In this document: positions 41,544 to 53,166 of the stretch, piece after piece | How the letters are laid out: each line of letters starts with the position of its first letter | Numbering within the stretch: position 1 is the first letter of the stretch | Origin: Myxococcota bacterium | Lineage (GTDB): Bacteria; Myxococcota_A; UBA796; CAJQPC01 | Length of the DNA stretch: 64,000 bases | Direction: 5' to 3' | NCBI GenBank assembly: GCA_036012755.1 | Contig: DASCPX010000183.1 | Coordinates: 15,849-79,848, forward strand | Made by a program: the position numbers and the translations under genes | Notes under the pieces: model-generated | Seen by the model: only the letters and a program-made list of their open reading frames with translations | Told to the model about the DNA's origin: nothing | The model's database searches: none

Positions 41544-42220
41544 GTTCGATGCCGCCAGGTCGCGCGCAGGATGCCGATGCCTGCTCGGATCGTGCCGCGG
41601 ACGGTGCCCGAGATCTTCGAGCGACCGCCGCCCCGAGGCCGGTAGCGCACGGGCACCTCCTGGACCCGAAGGCCGTTCTGGACTGCCTTCATCTGCATCT
41701 CCACGTTCCAGCCGTAGGTCATCTCCGACATGCGCAGGGCCAGCAGCACGTCCCAGCGGAGGGCTCGGAAGGGGCCCATGTCCCGGTAGGTCCAGCCCGT
41801 CCAGCGGCGGATGAGGCGGGTCGCCAGCAGGTTCCCGAAGCGCTGGTTGGGCAGGAGCGCGCCCTGCTCGGCGAGGCTGACGCGCTCTCCCAGGACCATG
41901 TCGGCTTCGCCCTTGAGGATGGGCCTCAACAACAGCGGCAGGTCGTCCACGTTGTCGCTTCCGTCCGCGTCGAGGATGACGATGATGTCCGGTGGTGTCT
42001 CCTCCAGGTGTGCAAAGCCCGCGAGACAAGCAGAGCCGTAGCCCCTGCGCTCCTCGATCACGAGCTCGGCGCCCCCTTCCAGCGCGATGTCTCTGGTGCG
42101 GTCCGTGGAGCCGTTGTCGACGACGATGACCCGCCCGGGACGAAGTCTGCGGAGGTCCGCGAGCACCGACGGGAGGGCCTCCTCCTCGTTGAGGGCGGGG
42201 ATGACGACCGCGACGCGCAC
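41540..42220 (-). CDS. family 2 glycosyltransferase
   Basis: VVIPALNEE, VVDNGSTD, ILDADGSD (DxD). 226 aa. Confidence 0.85.
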   Translation of the reverse strand: MRVAVVIPALNEEEALPSVLADLRRLRPGRVIVVDNGSTDRTRDIALEGGAELVIEERRGYGSACLAGFAHLEETPPDIIVILDADGSDNVDDLPLLLRPILKGEADMVLGERVSLAEQGALLPNQRFGNLLATRLIRRWTGWTYRDMGPFRALRWDVLLALRMSEMTYGWNVEMQMKAVQNGLRVQEVPVRYRPRGGGRSKISGTVRGTIRAGIGILRATWRHRT

Positions 42221-42225
42221 CGTCG

Positions 42226-42684
42226 GTGGTTAATGTGCACCTGATGCTCGCGCTTGCACTGCTGTTGTCCGTCGACGCCGCCGACAACCCCTTCCGCGTG
42301 CAGCCCCAGGGGCTCTCCGTGCCTGCTGGGTCCTCTGCCAAGGCCACCTTCGTCATCACCGTCCCCGACGGCACCTTCCTGTACCAGGACATGACGGAGG
42401 TGAAGGTGGTGGCCTCCGCGCCGCTGACCGCTGGTGCGCCCGACCTGCCTCCTGCGGTCGAGAAGGAGGACCCGGTCCTGGGCATGACGCGATCCATCTG
42501 GGATCAAGACGTCTACATCGAGATCCCGGTCACGGCTCCGGCAGAGCTGGGCGACCACTCGCTGGTCCTCGAGGCCAGGTACCAGGGCTGCAAGGGCACG
42601 CTCTGCTACATGCCGGTGACAGAGGAGGTCACGATCCCCGTGCGCGTCCTAGCCGCCGTAGATGCCGACGCTGGAGCTCCCTGA
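42226..42684 (+). CDS. secreted DsbD N-terminal (DsbD-alpha)-like domain protein
   Basis: Signal peptide LMLALALLLSVDA. The C-terminal YQGCKGTLCYMPV motif is characteristic of that domain. Start is 42226, 42235 or 42244. The 3' end overlaps the convergent CotH gene by 36 nt. Confidence 0.55.
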   Translation: MVNVHLMLALALLLSVDAADNPFRVQPQGLSVPAGSSAKATFVITVPDGTFLYQDMTEVKVVASAPLTAGAPDLPPAVEKEDPVLGMTRSIWDQDVYIEIPVTAPAELGDHSLVLEARYQGCKGTLCYMPVTEEVTIPVRVLAAVDADAGAP

Positions 42685-44325
42685 GACCACGTCACCGCGG
42701 GTCGAGCCCGTCGTCTCGAGCGACAGCGTGCCCTCGCCCAGGTACGCCCAGACCTGCCAGTTGTCCAGGTCGCCCGCGTCGTAGAGCAGGTAGGCCTGCA
42801 CCCTGTTCCAGTCCACCGGCAGCGTGCCTTCCTGGGTGAGGTCGTCGGTCTCGGCCAGGGCGTAGTAGGCGATGGCGTCGCCGCCCTCGAGCCGCCCCGA
42901 GGCGAAGAGGATGGACGAGCCGGTCTCGTGCTCGCCGATGACGGCGCTCATGAACTCCACCGGCATCTCCTCCCCGTAGAGGGTCACCTCGAAGGAGCCT
43001 GAGCCGTAGGCGAAGGTGTTCTCTGTTCCGTAGCTGCCCCAGGTCGTGTCGAAGGTGACATCGAAGCGTCCCTGCTCGGCGAGGCAGATCGCCTCCCGAA
43101 GCGAGTCGTCGATGGTGGGGGGACCGCTGGCGAGCTCGTCTTCGATGTGTCCGCGCCTCGAGGTGATGAAGTCACCCATGTTCTGGATGGTCTGGCGCCG
43201 CAGGGACTTGTCCTCGTAGTCGCTCAGGTAGGGCTTGGTCAGCGCCTCCATCTCGTCGAGCCGGGTCGCCCAGTGGGACTCGTCCCAGGTCGTCTCGAGC
43301 AGGCCATCGAGGGCCTCGAAGTAGCGGTCCTGACCCTCGGCCGTGTTGTAGATCCGCCATGCCAGCATGCTCTCACCGGTCACGCTGGTCGGGCTGTAGG
43401 CGCCGAAGGGCTGCTCGCCCTCCAGGACGGCGTCGACACCCCACGGGATGAAGTGGAAGCGGTCGCCGTCGTCCGGATCCGCGTAGACGTAGAAGTTGTT
43501 GGTGTTGGCCGTGTAGCTGTCCCAGTGGCCGATGAGCACCTCTGTGGCCCATGCCCGCAGGAAGGCGTCGACGTCCACGACCTCGTCCAGCTCGGCCAGC
43601 ACCTCGTCGTCATCGGCCTCGAGCGCGGCCACCACGGCGGCGAGGTCCGCTCGGTCGCTGCCACCCCACTCGTCCTCGAAGGTGTCTGTCCAGCCCTCGC
43701 GGAAGTCCGACAGGGTGCCCTCGTAGAGGTGGCCGTCGCCGTCGCCGAACTCCCGTCGAAGCAGCTGGCGCTTGACCGGCTCGATGTTGGAGTACAGCCC
43801 GAGATCCTCGCCGTTGACGACCACGTGGGCGAAGTTGCAGCGCGACGCGGGCACCCCGGCGGCCTCGTAGATCTCGAGGGCCATGCAGGTCTTCAGCCGC
43901 GAGGGGTCCTGGCGGGTGTTGTTGAGCGTCAGGTGCTCGACCTCGTGCCAGCGCTGTCCGCTGACGATGTCGTCGAGGTCCAGCTTGATGCCCGGACGTG
44001 TCGACTCCTGGGAGCCGATGAGCCCCTTCTTCCTGATGGCGACTGACTCCATGAGGTCGCCGTCGAGGGTCACGTCAGCCTCGAACCAGGTGTAGGGATG
44101 AGCGAAGGGCTCATCCATGCAGTCCTCGCCGGCGAGGATGTCGAAGATGTTCCGCGCCTGGTTCCGCATCTCCTCGAAGTCCGCCTCCGACATCTCGATC
44201 TCGACCTCGATGACGTGGTCGGGGTCGTAGACGACCGCGGTCGGGTCGGTCTCCGGAGCGGCCGAGTCGTCGACGGGCAGGTTCGGGACGCTGTTCCGGG
44301 TGCAGGCCAGCAGGAGGATGGTCAC
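42649..44325 (-). CDS. CotH kinase family lipoprotein
   Basis: GTG 44325 overlaps the upstream TGA (alternative TTG 44333). Lipobox ILLLAC. NNFYVYADPDDGDRFHFIPWGVDAVL and surrounding blocks are typical of CotH. The track ORF 42649..44823 is over-extended. Confidence 0.8.
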   Translation of the reverse strand: MTILLLACTRNSVPNLPVDDSAAPETDPTAVVYDPDHVIEVEIEMSEADFEEMRNQARNIFDILAGEDCMDEPFAHPYTWFEADVTLDGDLMESVAIRKKGLIGSQESTRPGIKLDLDDIVSGQRWHEVEHLTLNNTRQDPSRLKTCMALEIYEAAGVPASRCNFAHVVVNGEDLGLYSNIEPVKRQLLRREFGDGDGHLYEGTLSDFREGWTDTFEDEWGGSDRADLAAVVAALEADDDEVLAELDEVVDVDAFLRAWATEVLIGHWDSYTANTNNFYVYADPDDGDRFHFIPWGVDAVLEGEQPFGAYSPTSVTGESMLAWRIYNTAEGQDRYFEALDGLLETTWDESHWATRLDEMEALTKPYLSDYEDKSLRRQTIQNMGDFITSRRGHIEDELASGPPTIDDSLREAICLAEQGRFDVTFDTTWGSYGTENTFAYGSGSFEVTLYGEEMPVEFMSAVIGEHETGSSILFASGRLEGGDAIAYYALAETDDLTQEGTLPVDWNRVQAYLLYDAGDLDNWQVWAYLGEGTLSLETTGSTRGDVVSGSSSVGIYGG

Positions 44326-45011
44326 GAACCCAAGGGTAGCGTCGGATCGGCGAGGTGGGCGTGGTCGTTGAGGCGATGGACGCGCAGACCGGACTCCGAC
44401 CAGCCGAGCAGCGACAGCGCCGTGTTCGGTTGGCGGACGTAGGGCAGGAAGCGGAAGGGGAGACCAACAGCGGTGAGCACGGCCACCGCCAGCGCCATCT
44501 GGTGGGTGACGATGACGACGGGGACGCCTGGACCGTGACGCCTGCCGAGGTCTTCCAGCGCTGGGATCACTCGGGCTGCCAGCTCTCGCAGGGTCTCTCC
44601 GCCGGGGACCCGCACGTCGGTCGGGTCGATGGCCCAGGCGGTGAAGATCTCGGGGTTGTCCGGGACCACCTCCTGTGCGAGCAGGCCCTCGAAGTCGCCC
44701 TGGTCGAGCTCCTGGAGGGCTGGGAGCAGCCGAGGTGGCCCGAGAGGCTCCGCGGTCTGGGCCGCCCTCGACAGCGGCGAGCTGTAGAGCGCCGCCCGGG
44801 GGAGGGATCGGAGCCGGCGGCACACGGCCTCTGCCTGGTCACGTCCCACCTCGTCCAGAGGGACGTCCATGCAGCCCACGAAGCGGCGCTCGACGTTGGC
44901 TCGTGTGCGGCCGTGTCGGAGCAGCAACAGCGGCGTCTCGCCCCCCTCCGCGCACTCGGCGAGGGCTCGTGAGAGAGGGTCGGGCGGGGGCAGTTTTTGC
45001 ACGCTCTGCAC
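44322..45011 (-). CDS. histidine phosphatase (phosphoglycerate mutase-like) family protein
   Basis: LLLLRHGRTRAN (RHG motif), SSPLSRAAQTAE, second His in VIVTHQMAL. Start is GTG 45011 or 45002. Confidence 0.8.
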   Translation of the reverse strand: MQSVQKLPPPDPLSRALAECAEGGETPLLLLRHGRTRANVERRFVGCMDVPLDEVGRDQAEAVCRRLRSLPRAALYSSPLSRAAQTAEPLGPPRLLPALQELDQGDFEGLLAQEVVPDNPEIFTAWAIDPTDVRVPGGETLRELAARVIPALEDLGRRHGPGVPVVIVTHQMALAVAVLTAVGLPFRFLPYVRQPNTALSLLGWSESGLRVHRLNDHAHLADPTLPLGS

Positions 45012-45065
45012 GTACCCCCTACCACCGGGGCGGGGTAGGGTGAAGTGCACTCTCGAGGCGGAGAA

Positions 45066-46043
45066 ATGGCTGACCCAAAGAAGGGCTTCGACCCCCTGGC
45101 GAGCCTGTTCGACGGGCCTGATCTCAGGGACTTCTCTGGCGCTGGCTCGCCGCTGCCGGAGGTGGACGAGTCCATCGAGTTCACGGATCCATCGCCGGAG
45201 GCCACCGATCCCCTGATCTCGATGCCGGTCGACGGCCTGCCGCTGGAGACCCTCAAGGGCTCCGAACCGGGCAGCTCGCCGGCTCCGGCACCCATCCCGC
45301 CTCGGGCGCGCGCTGAGATGCCCAGCGCCCTGGAGCCCCCCGAGCCCGCCGCGCTGGAGCCCACGCCCATCGCTCCGAGCGCCGAGCCCGACGCTGCGGA
45401 GGACGCCCCGACAGAGGAGGGTCCCACGAGCGAGGACAAGGCAAAGCTGGCGAAGGCGCTGGCCGCCGCCGCGCTCGCAAAGGCCCAGGAGAAGCAGAAG
45501 ATCGAGGGCCTGGCCAAGGCCGAGAGCAAGCGTCGCCGCTCTATTCCTCCCCCTCCGGAGATGGCGGAGCCCGAGGCACCGAAGAGCCGTCTGGAGGGCC
45601 TGGCGGCGCGCGCACCCAGGCCAGTCTCTGCGTTGGAGGCAGCTCGGGCCGCCGCCAGCGCCGAGGCCGCAAGGAAGGAGGCTGCCGACGTCGCGCATCT
45701 GCTCGAGCTGCCGAACCGGATCGACAAGATCTTGCGCCGCCAGCTCAAGGGCATCCGCACCCTCGACGTCGTCAACGCGCTGTTGATGGACGACAGGCCC
45801 CTGCTGCAGGCCCTCTGGAAGGGGCATCGAGCCCGCTTTGCTGCGACGGGGAGCCTCTCAGAGGTCGTCGCCACGACCAACGTCATCCGGGCGCTCGGGG
45901 CCGTGCCCAAGGGCCAACTCGTCGCGGCGATCGTGGAGACCGAGAAGACCGACTACCTCGTCTGGGTGGACCTTGGCAGCGAAGCGACCATCGCGGCCTT
46001 CCCCGATGCCCGCGCCTGGTACGCCCACGCTCGGGACACCTAG
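45066..46043 (+). CDS. hypothetical protein: Pro/Ala/Glu-rich disordered N-half and folded C-terminal domain
   Basis: ATG 45066 after GAGGCGGAG. No family recognised. Its TAG shares the CTAG tetranucleotide with the TAG of convergent asnB. Confidence 0.55.
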   Translation: MADPKKGFDPLASLFDGPDLRDFSGAGSPLPEVDESIEFTDPSPEATDPLISMPVDGLPLETLKGSEPGSSPAPAPIPPRARAEMPSALEPPEPAALEPTPIAPSAEPDAAEDAPTEEGPTSEDKAKLAKALAAAALAKAQEKQKIEGLAKAESKRRRSIPPPPEMAEPEAPKSRLEGLAARAPRPVSALEAARAAASAEAARKEAADVAHLLELPNRIDKILRRQLKGIRTLDVVNALLMDDRPLLQALWKGHRARFAATGSLSEVVATTNVIRALGAVPKGQLVAAIVETEKTDYLVWVDLGSEATIAAFPDARAWYAHARDT

Positions 46044-47887
46044 GTCGGTCCCCAGGGCGATCCCCGCCACCTCGACAGGGTCAACAGGGTCCACAGTCTC
46101 CGACGGTGGTCCCGGTGGCCGCGCTCGTGTTCATCCAGGATCCGCCTGACCGTTTGCGGGTCACACAGACCCTCGAGGGACTCGGGCAGGTCGTCCAGCA
46201 GGTGCTTGCACGGGCCGGCCAGCCAGTGGGCCAGGGGGGTGCCGAAGCCCTTCTTGGGGCGCTCCACGACCCAGTCGGGGACGAGCCCGGAGAGCGCCCG
46301 GCGAAGGAGGACCTTGGTCTTCCTCCCTCGGATCTTGTGCCGTACCGGCAGGTTCTGGGCGAGCTCGACGAGGCGGTGGTCCAGGAAGGGGCTGCGGAGC
46401 TCGATGGAGTGGAGCATCGTCGCCCGGTCCGCCTTCGCGAGGACACCCTCTCCGAGGTAGAGGCGCTGGTCGAGGAACATCGCCGCCTCGGCCACGTCCA
46501 GGCCCTGGACCACGCGACCCCAGCGGTCCACGGTGTCCCAGGGGTCGACCTGGAGGCCGAGCAGCGGCTCGAGCTCGTCGGGGAGGAAGGCTCCCAGCCA
46601 GACCTGGTTGCGTCTGGCCAGGGCATGGGGCAGGCCGGCCGTGAAGCGACGGGCGAGGTAGCCGGCGCCGAGGTTCTCACGGCTGGCCGGGAGTCGCCCG
46701 GCGACTCGCCCGAGGAGCCCGCTCCCCACGCTGGCGGGAGCTGCGATGCGGTGTGCGAAGTAGGTGGGGTAGCCGCCGAAGTGCTCGTCGGCGCCGTCGC
46801 CGCTTATCGCCAGCTTGTGACCGGCGGCTCGGATGCCTTCGGCGAGCACCCAGGTCGAGGGCAGGGAGCCGTCCGCGAGGGGCTCGCACATGCCGGCGCT
46901 CAAGGCGTCCAGGACCTCTGGCATCCGGCCCGCCCGGAAGCGGACCTCCGTGTGCTCCAGGCAGAGGTGCTCGGCGACCGCGCGGGCCGGTCCGGACTCG
47001 TCGAAGCTCTGCTCGTCGAAGACCAGGGAGAAGGAATGCAGCGGCGCCTTCCGCTCCTTCACCGCCAGCGCCGCGATGGCCGAGCTGTCGATTCCACCGC
47101 TCAACAGGATGGCGAGCGGCAGGTCCGTGTCGCAGCGCTTGCGTACAGCCATGCGCAAGGAGGTGGTGATGGCTTCGACCCAGCGCTCCTCGGCGATGCC
47201 CTTTCGCTGGGCCCCGTGTCCGGGCAGCGGCGGGTCCCACCAGCGCTCGAGCCGCTCGCCCTCGGCCGTGCAGACCAGGACGGTCCCGGCCTCGAGCTTG
47301 TGGATGTCCGCGTAGATGCTGCGTGGCGCCGGCACGTACTCGAACATCAGGTACTGGGACAGCGCCACCTCGTCGATCCGCCTGGAGACCCCTGGGTGGA
47401 CGAGGAGTCCCTTGAGCTCGGAGGCGAAGAGCACCGTGCCGTCCTCCAGCCGCGTCCAGTAGAGGGGCTTCTGGCCGAGCCGGTCCCGCGCCAGCCAGAG
47501 GGTGCCGGGCTGCCAGGCGGCGACCGCGAACATGCCCTCTGTACGGCGCAGCCCACGCTTCAGGCCGACCTCTGCAGTCAGCGCCGCGAGCACCTCTGTG
47601 TCGCACTCCGTGTCGAAGCGGAAGCCCAGCGCCGCGTGCTCGGAGCGCAGGGGGTTGTGGTTGTAGATCTCGCCGTTGAAGGCGACCCACACCCCGCCTC
47701 CCGAGAGCGGCTGCCGGCCGTTTTCGCGGTCGACGATGGCCAGCCGCCGCGCGGCCAGCGCGCCCTCGGCGACCTCGACGATGTGCTCGTCGTCGGGGCC
47801 GCGGTGCTCCAGCACCCGGACCATCTTCGCGACGGGTCCTCGGTCGACGGGCCCCCTGAAGTTGAAGGCCCCGGCGATGCCGCACAT
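46040..47887 (-). CDS. asnB: asparagine synthase (glutamine-hydrolysing)
   Basis: MCGIAG N-terminal nucleophile, RGPDD, LLSGGIDSS PP-loop. 615 aa. Confidence 0.95.
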   Translation of the reverse strand: MCGIAGAFNFRGPVDRGPVAKMVRVLEHRGPDDEHIVEVAEGALAARRLAIVDRENGRQPLSGGGVWVAFNGEIYNHNPLRSEHAALGFRFDTECDTEVLAALTAEVGLKRGLRRTEGMFAVAAWQPGTLWLARDRLGQKPLYWTRLEDGTVLFASELKGLLVHPGVSRRIDEVALSQYLMFEYVPAPRSIYADIHKLEAGTVLVCTAEGERLERWWDPPLPGHGAQRKGIAEERWVEAITTSLRMAVRKRCDTDLPLAILLSGGIDSSAIAALAVKERKAPLHSFSLVFDEQSFDESGPARAVAEHLCLEHTEVRFRAGRMPEVLDALSAGMCEPLADGSLPSTWVLAEGIRAAGHKLAISGDGADEHFGGYPTYFAHRIAAPASVGSGLLGRVAGRLPASRENLGAGYLARRFTAGLPHALARRNQVWLGAFLPDELEPLLGLQVDPWDTVDRWGRVVQGLDVAEAAMFLDQRLYLGEGVLAKADRATMLHSIELRSPFLDHRLVELAQNLPVRHKIRGRKTKVLLRRALSGLVPDWVVERPKKGFGTPLAHWLAGPCKHLLDDLPESLEGLCDPQTVRRILDEHERGHRDHRRRLWTLLTLSRWRGSPWGPT

Positions 47888-47894
47888 CCTGAGC

Positions 47895-48869
47895 TCAGAC
47901 CTCTCTCAAGGAGGCACGAGCGATGACCTCTTCGTCGGTCTCGAGGTTTCGCACGCTGTGGATGCGATACGGCGCCTTGTCGCGGACGTCGTAGTGCATC
48001 CGGATGAGGACCTCGGCGACGATGCCGAGCGTGACCTCGACGACACCGAGCATCGCCATCAAGGCCGCGCCGACGCCCAGGACGGCGACGACGGCAGGGT
48101 CCAGCCAGAGCGCAGCGACGAAGGCCCCGGCTCCGGTCAGCACGCCCAGCAGCAGGAAGAGGAAGCCCGCCCAGCCGAAGAAGTAGATCGGCGTGACGTA
48201 GAAGTCGCGCAGGAACTTGACGGTGGTGAGGTCCAGCAGGACCTTCGGGATCCTGCCCAGACCGTACTTCGAGACGCCGCGTGTTCGCGCGTGGTGGCGG
48301 ACGGGCATCTCGGCGAGCTTCGCGCCCGCCCAGGTGACGTAGATCGGGATGAAGCGGTGCATCTCGCCGTAGAGCGGGATGTGGCGGATGTACTCGGCCT
48401 TGTAGATCCGCAGGGTGCAGCCGTAGTCGTGGAGGTGCACGTTGGACAGGGTGGAGATCAGCTTGTTCGCGATCCGACTGGGGAAGGTCCGCGTGAGCGT
48501 CGAGTCCTGGCGGTCCTTGCGCCACCCGCACACGACGTCGTAGCCCTCCTCGAGGCGAGCCAGCATCGCCGGGATGTCCGCCGGGTCGTTCTGGAGATCT
48601 GCGTCCATCGTGACGATCAGCGGCATGGTGGCGTGCCGGATGCCGGCGGTGAGCGCCGCGGTCTGTCCGTAGTTGCGCACGAACCGGATCACGCGCACGC
48701 GGTCGTCTGCGGCGGCCAGCTGGAGGAGCTCCTCGTGGCTGCCGTCTTCTGACCCGTCGTCGATGTAGAGCACCTCGAAGTCGATGTTCTCCAGCGCCGC
48801 CACGATGGCCTCGTGTAGAGGCTGGAGGTTGCCCTCCTCCTCGTAGACCGGGACGACTACGGAGATCAT
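47895..48869 (-). CDS. family 2 glycosyltransferase with C-terminal TM helices (polyprenyl-phosphate glycosyltransferase type)
   Basis: VVVPVYEEE, YIDDGSEDGS, MDADLQNDP, NYGQTAAL, plus two C-terminal hydrophobic helices. Confidence 0.9.
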   Translation of the reverse strand: MISVVVPVYEEEGNLQPLHEAIVAALENIDFEVLYIDDGSEDGSHEELLQLAAADDRVRVIRFVRNYGQTAALTAGIRHATMPLIVTMDADLQNDPADIPAMLARLEEGYDVVCGWRKDRQDSTLTRTFPSRIANKLISTLSNVHLHDYGCTLRIYKAEYIRHIPLYGEMHRFIPIYVTWAGAKLAEMPVRHHARTRGVSKYGLGRIPKVLLDLTTVKFLRDFYVTPIYFFGWAGFLFLLLGVLTGAGAFVAALWLDPAVVAVLGVGAALMAMLGVVEVTLGIVAEVLIRMHYDVRDKAPYRIHSVRNLETDEEVIARASLREV

Positions 48870-49546
48870 TCGCTGGGAGGGGCCTCCTCATCTGGTTCGG
48901 CCGCTGGTGCCTCCTCGGGTGGCCCGCCGCCTTCGTCTTCGGGCCGGACCTCGCCCGGGGCTGCTTCGTCGGGCTCCGGTTGGGGATCGTCCACAGGTTG
49001 GTCGGCGCCATCTGGCTGTGGGGGCTGATCCGTTGGCGGTGGGCCCGGGCGCAGGTTGCCGAGATCCGGATCCTCGCTCAGCACGAGCTCGAGCTCGCCG
49101 ATGTCGACCTCGCCGATCTCGACGGACAGCTTGCCCGCAGGGTCGTCCTCAGACGGGCCATCGCCCTGCTGGTCGACGAAGCCGAGGATGTGGAGGTCTC
49201 CGAAGTTCTTCGGCACCTCGAAGCTGAAAGGCCCCAGCTCAGGCACCGACTCGGCCGAGACCAGCTCCGGAGCGGAGATGCCCTCTTGCGTGAGGAGGTC
49301 CATTCGGATCGTGCCTGTCTTGTCCCCCTCGTAGATCACCGTTCCGGTGAGCATCACGGAGCCATCGGTCAGGTCGAAGCCTCCCGGTGTCTCGGTCCGC
49401 TGCTCGTCGGGAGCGCCCGGTATGGCGCCTCCAGGGGGGACTTCGCCCCCAGGGAGGGTCTCCTGGGCCTGGGGGCAAGCGGTCAGTAGCATCAGCGAGC
49501 AAACGACAAGCGCTGGTTTCAACGGTGACTCTCCGTCCTTGGACAC
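48866..49546 (-). CDS. lipoprotein with Pro/Glu/Asp-rich C-terminal tail
   Basis: Lipobox LLTAC. Its stop overlaps the ATG of the GT2 gene (ATGA). Confidence 0.6.
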   Translation of the reverse strand: MSKDGESPLKPALVVCSLMLLTACPQAQETLPGGEVPPGGAIPGAPDEQRTETPGGFDLTDGSVMLTGTVIYEGDKTGTIRMDLLTQEGISAPELVSAESVPELGPFSFEVPKNFGDLHILGFVDQQGDGPSEDDPAGKLSVEIGEVDIGELELVLSEDPDLGNLRPGPPPTDQPPQPDGADQPVDDPQPEPDEAAPGEVRPEDEGGGPPEEAPAAEPDEEAPPSE

Positions 49547-49669
49547 CTTCGGCTACCACCGGCGGGCTCACGCTGTCAACGGCGGGACCCCAGCTTGACG
49601 TCGCTCGCACGCGCGCGGTACAGACGTCGCGGACAGTCCTGCCTCCCCAGACGCCGAGTTCGCGCTCTC

Positions 49670-50284
49670 ATGTCGGTCACCGTTCGCGGTTACGTCTTCA
49701 TCGACTCCCTCCAGCCGCAGCTGGCTGCTTTCACCGGCACGACCTGCCGGGGCTTCCTCCCCCTCGCCGGACAGGCGTCGCTGTGGGTGGAGACGGCTCC
49801 GGGGATGATCATCAACCGGGTGACGGACGTCGCGCTCAAGGCGACGCGCGCGGTGCCCGCGGTGCAGGTGGTGGAGCGGGCCTTCGGCCTGCTCGAGATC
49901 CACCACGACGACAAGGGCGAGGTGCTCTCAGCGGGTGACGCGATCCTCGAGTACCTCGGCGCCGACAGGGCCGCCGTGAGCAAGCCGAAGGTGGTCAGCA
50001 ACCAGATCATCCGCGCGGTAGAGGCCTACCAGGCCCAGCTCATCAACCGGAACCGCCAGGGCATGTTGCTCATTCCGGGACAGTCGCTCTTCATCCTCGA
50101 GACCGAACCAGCTGTGTGGGCGGTCATCGCGGCGAACGAGGCCGAGAAGGCCGCGAACGTCAACCTCGTGAACCTCCGGCCCTTTGGCGCCTTCGGGCGC
50201 TTGTGGATGGCTGGGACCGAGTCCGAGATCGACTCGGCCGCCCAGGCCGCCCAGGCCGTGATCGAGTCTCTCTCTACCTCCTGA
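49670..50284 (+). CDS. bacterial microcompartment shell protein, tandem BMC domains (BMC-T)
   Basis: ATG 49670, 204 aa, made of two ~95-aa halves. Each half has a BMC-like core ([32 protein letters not shown]; [32 protein letters not shown]). Confidence 0.75.
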   Translation: MSVTVRGYVFIDSLQPQLAAFTGTTCRGFLPLAGQASLWVETAPGMIINRVTDVALKATRAVPAVQVVERAFGLLEIHHDDKGEVLSAGDAILEYLGADRAAVSKPKVVSNQIIRAVEAYQAQLINRNRQGMLLIPGQSLFILETEPAVWAVIAANEAEKAANVNLVNLRPFGAFGRLWMAGTESEIDSAAQAAQAVIESLSTS

Positions 50285-50301
50285 ACAAACCGGAGATCCA
50301 G

Positions 50302-50592
<291 letters not shown>

Positions 50593-50595
50593 TAG

Positions 50596-50909
50596 ATGAA
50601 GCTCGGCCGCATCGTCGGGACCGTGGTCTCGACGCGAAAGGACCCCAAGATCGAGGGCTTGCGCCTGTACCTCGTGCAGGACCTGTCCCTCGCTCTGGAA
50701 GGCAGGGAGTCCTTTGTCGTCGCGGCCGACGCGATGGGCGCGGGAGTCGGCGAGGTCGTCCTCTACGCCTCGGGCTCCTCCGCTCGCCAGACGGACATCA
50801 CGGACAACCGGCCAGTCGACGCCGTCGTCATGGCGATCGTCGACTCGATCCATCGCTACGGCGAGCTGGTGTTCAACAAGGTGCCGCCGTTTCCGAAGGC
50901 TGACGGCTG

Positions 50910-50910
<1 letters not shown>
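50596..50910 (+). CDS. microcompartment vertex pentamer (BMC-P, EutN/CcmL family)
   Basis: [28 protein letters not shown] ... AVVMAIVD is the typical EutN/CcmL pattern. Confidence 0.9.
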
Positions 50911-52313
<1,403 letters not shown>

Positions 52314-52318
52314 GCGAC

Positions 52319-52897
52319 ATGAGCGGAACCGGGGATGCGCTCGCACTCGTCGAGCTCGACTCGATCGCGCGTGGCTACCGCGTCCTGGACGCCATGGTGA
52401 AGCGCTCGCCGGTCGAGATCCTCGAGGCCAACCTCGTCGAGCCGGGCAAGTACCTGATCCTCTTCGCTGGCGGTGTCGCCGAGGTCGAGGAGAGCTACTC
52501 GGCGGCCCTCGAGGCCGGGGCCGGACACCACCTCGACGCGATGCTCCTTCCGATGGTCCACGGCGCCATCGTGCCGGGACTGCGCGGCTACCACAACTGC
52601 GAGGAGCCAGACACCATCGGGGTGATCGAAGCGACCTCCGTGGCGGCGATGCTCGAGTCCTGCGACCGCTCGCTCAAGGACGCCGAGGTCGTGCTCGCCG
52701 GCCTGCGCCTCACCCCGGCGCTCGGCGGAAAGGCCTTCTTCGTCGTGCACGGCGAGCAGGCCGATGTCGAAGCGGCTGCGGAGATCGCAGGGGCTGTGCT
52801 GCTCGAGCGCAAGGTCCAGATCGAGGTCATCGCGCGGCCGCACGAGGACTTCCTGGCCTACCTGCTTCGCCCCGCGCCCTTTAGAGTGGAGACCTGA
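52319..52897 (+). CDS. bacterial microcompartment shell protein, tandem BMC domains (BMC-T, PduT-like architecture)
   Basis: ALALVELDSIARGYRVLDAMVKRSPVEIL and TIGVIEATSVAAMLESCDRSLKDAEVVL are the cores of two BMC domains. 192 aa. Confidence 0.8.
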   Translation: MSGTGDALALVELDSIARGYRVLDAMVKRSPVEILEANLVEPGKYLILFAGGVAEVEESYSAALEAGAGHHLDAMLLPMVHGAIVPGLRGYHNCEEPDTIGVIEATSVAAMLESCDRSLKDAEVVLAGLRLTPALGGKAFFVVHGEQADVEAAAEIAGAVLLERKVQIEVIARPHEDFLAYLLRPAPFRVET

Positions 52898-53166
52898 TGG
52901 AGCTCGCGCGCGTCATCGGCACGGTCGTTGCCACCCAAAAGCACGAGGCCCTCGAGGGGGTCAAGCTGCTCGTCATCCAGCCCCATGACCACAACGGAGA
53001 CGCCCAGGGCGACCCCATCGTCGCCGCGGATCCGCTCCAGGCGGGGGTCGGAGACACGGTCCAGTGGATCTGCGGGCGAGAGGCCGCCCTCGCGCTGCCC
53101 CAGACCTTCACCCCGGTCGACGCCTCGATCGTGGCCATCGTCGATCACGTCTGGGGTCGCGAGTGA
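52897..53166 (+). CDS. microcompartment vertex pentamer (BMC-P) paralogue 2
   Basis: MELARVIGTVVATQKHEALEGVKLLVIQ ... ASIVAIVD. Its ATG overlaps the upstream TGA by 1 nt. Confidence 0.9.
   Translation: MELARVIGTVVATQKHEALEGVKLLVIQPHDHNGDAQGDPIVAADPLQAGVGDTVQWICGREAALALPQTFTPVDASIVAIVDHVWGRE

Noticed and set aside
46040-47887. An asparagine-synthetase homologue acting as a lasso-peptide cyclase (RiPP cluster).
   Set aside because: It has the intact MCGIAG glutaminase nucleophile and full AsnB length. No precursor peptide, B-protein or protease is adjacent. The neighbours are a GT2 and a lipoprotein, which is typical of envelope glycan loci.
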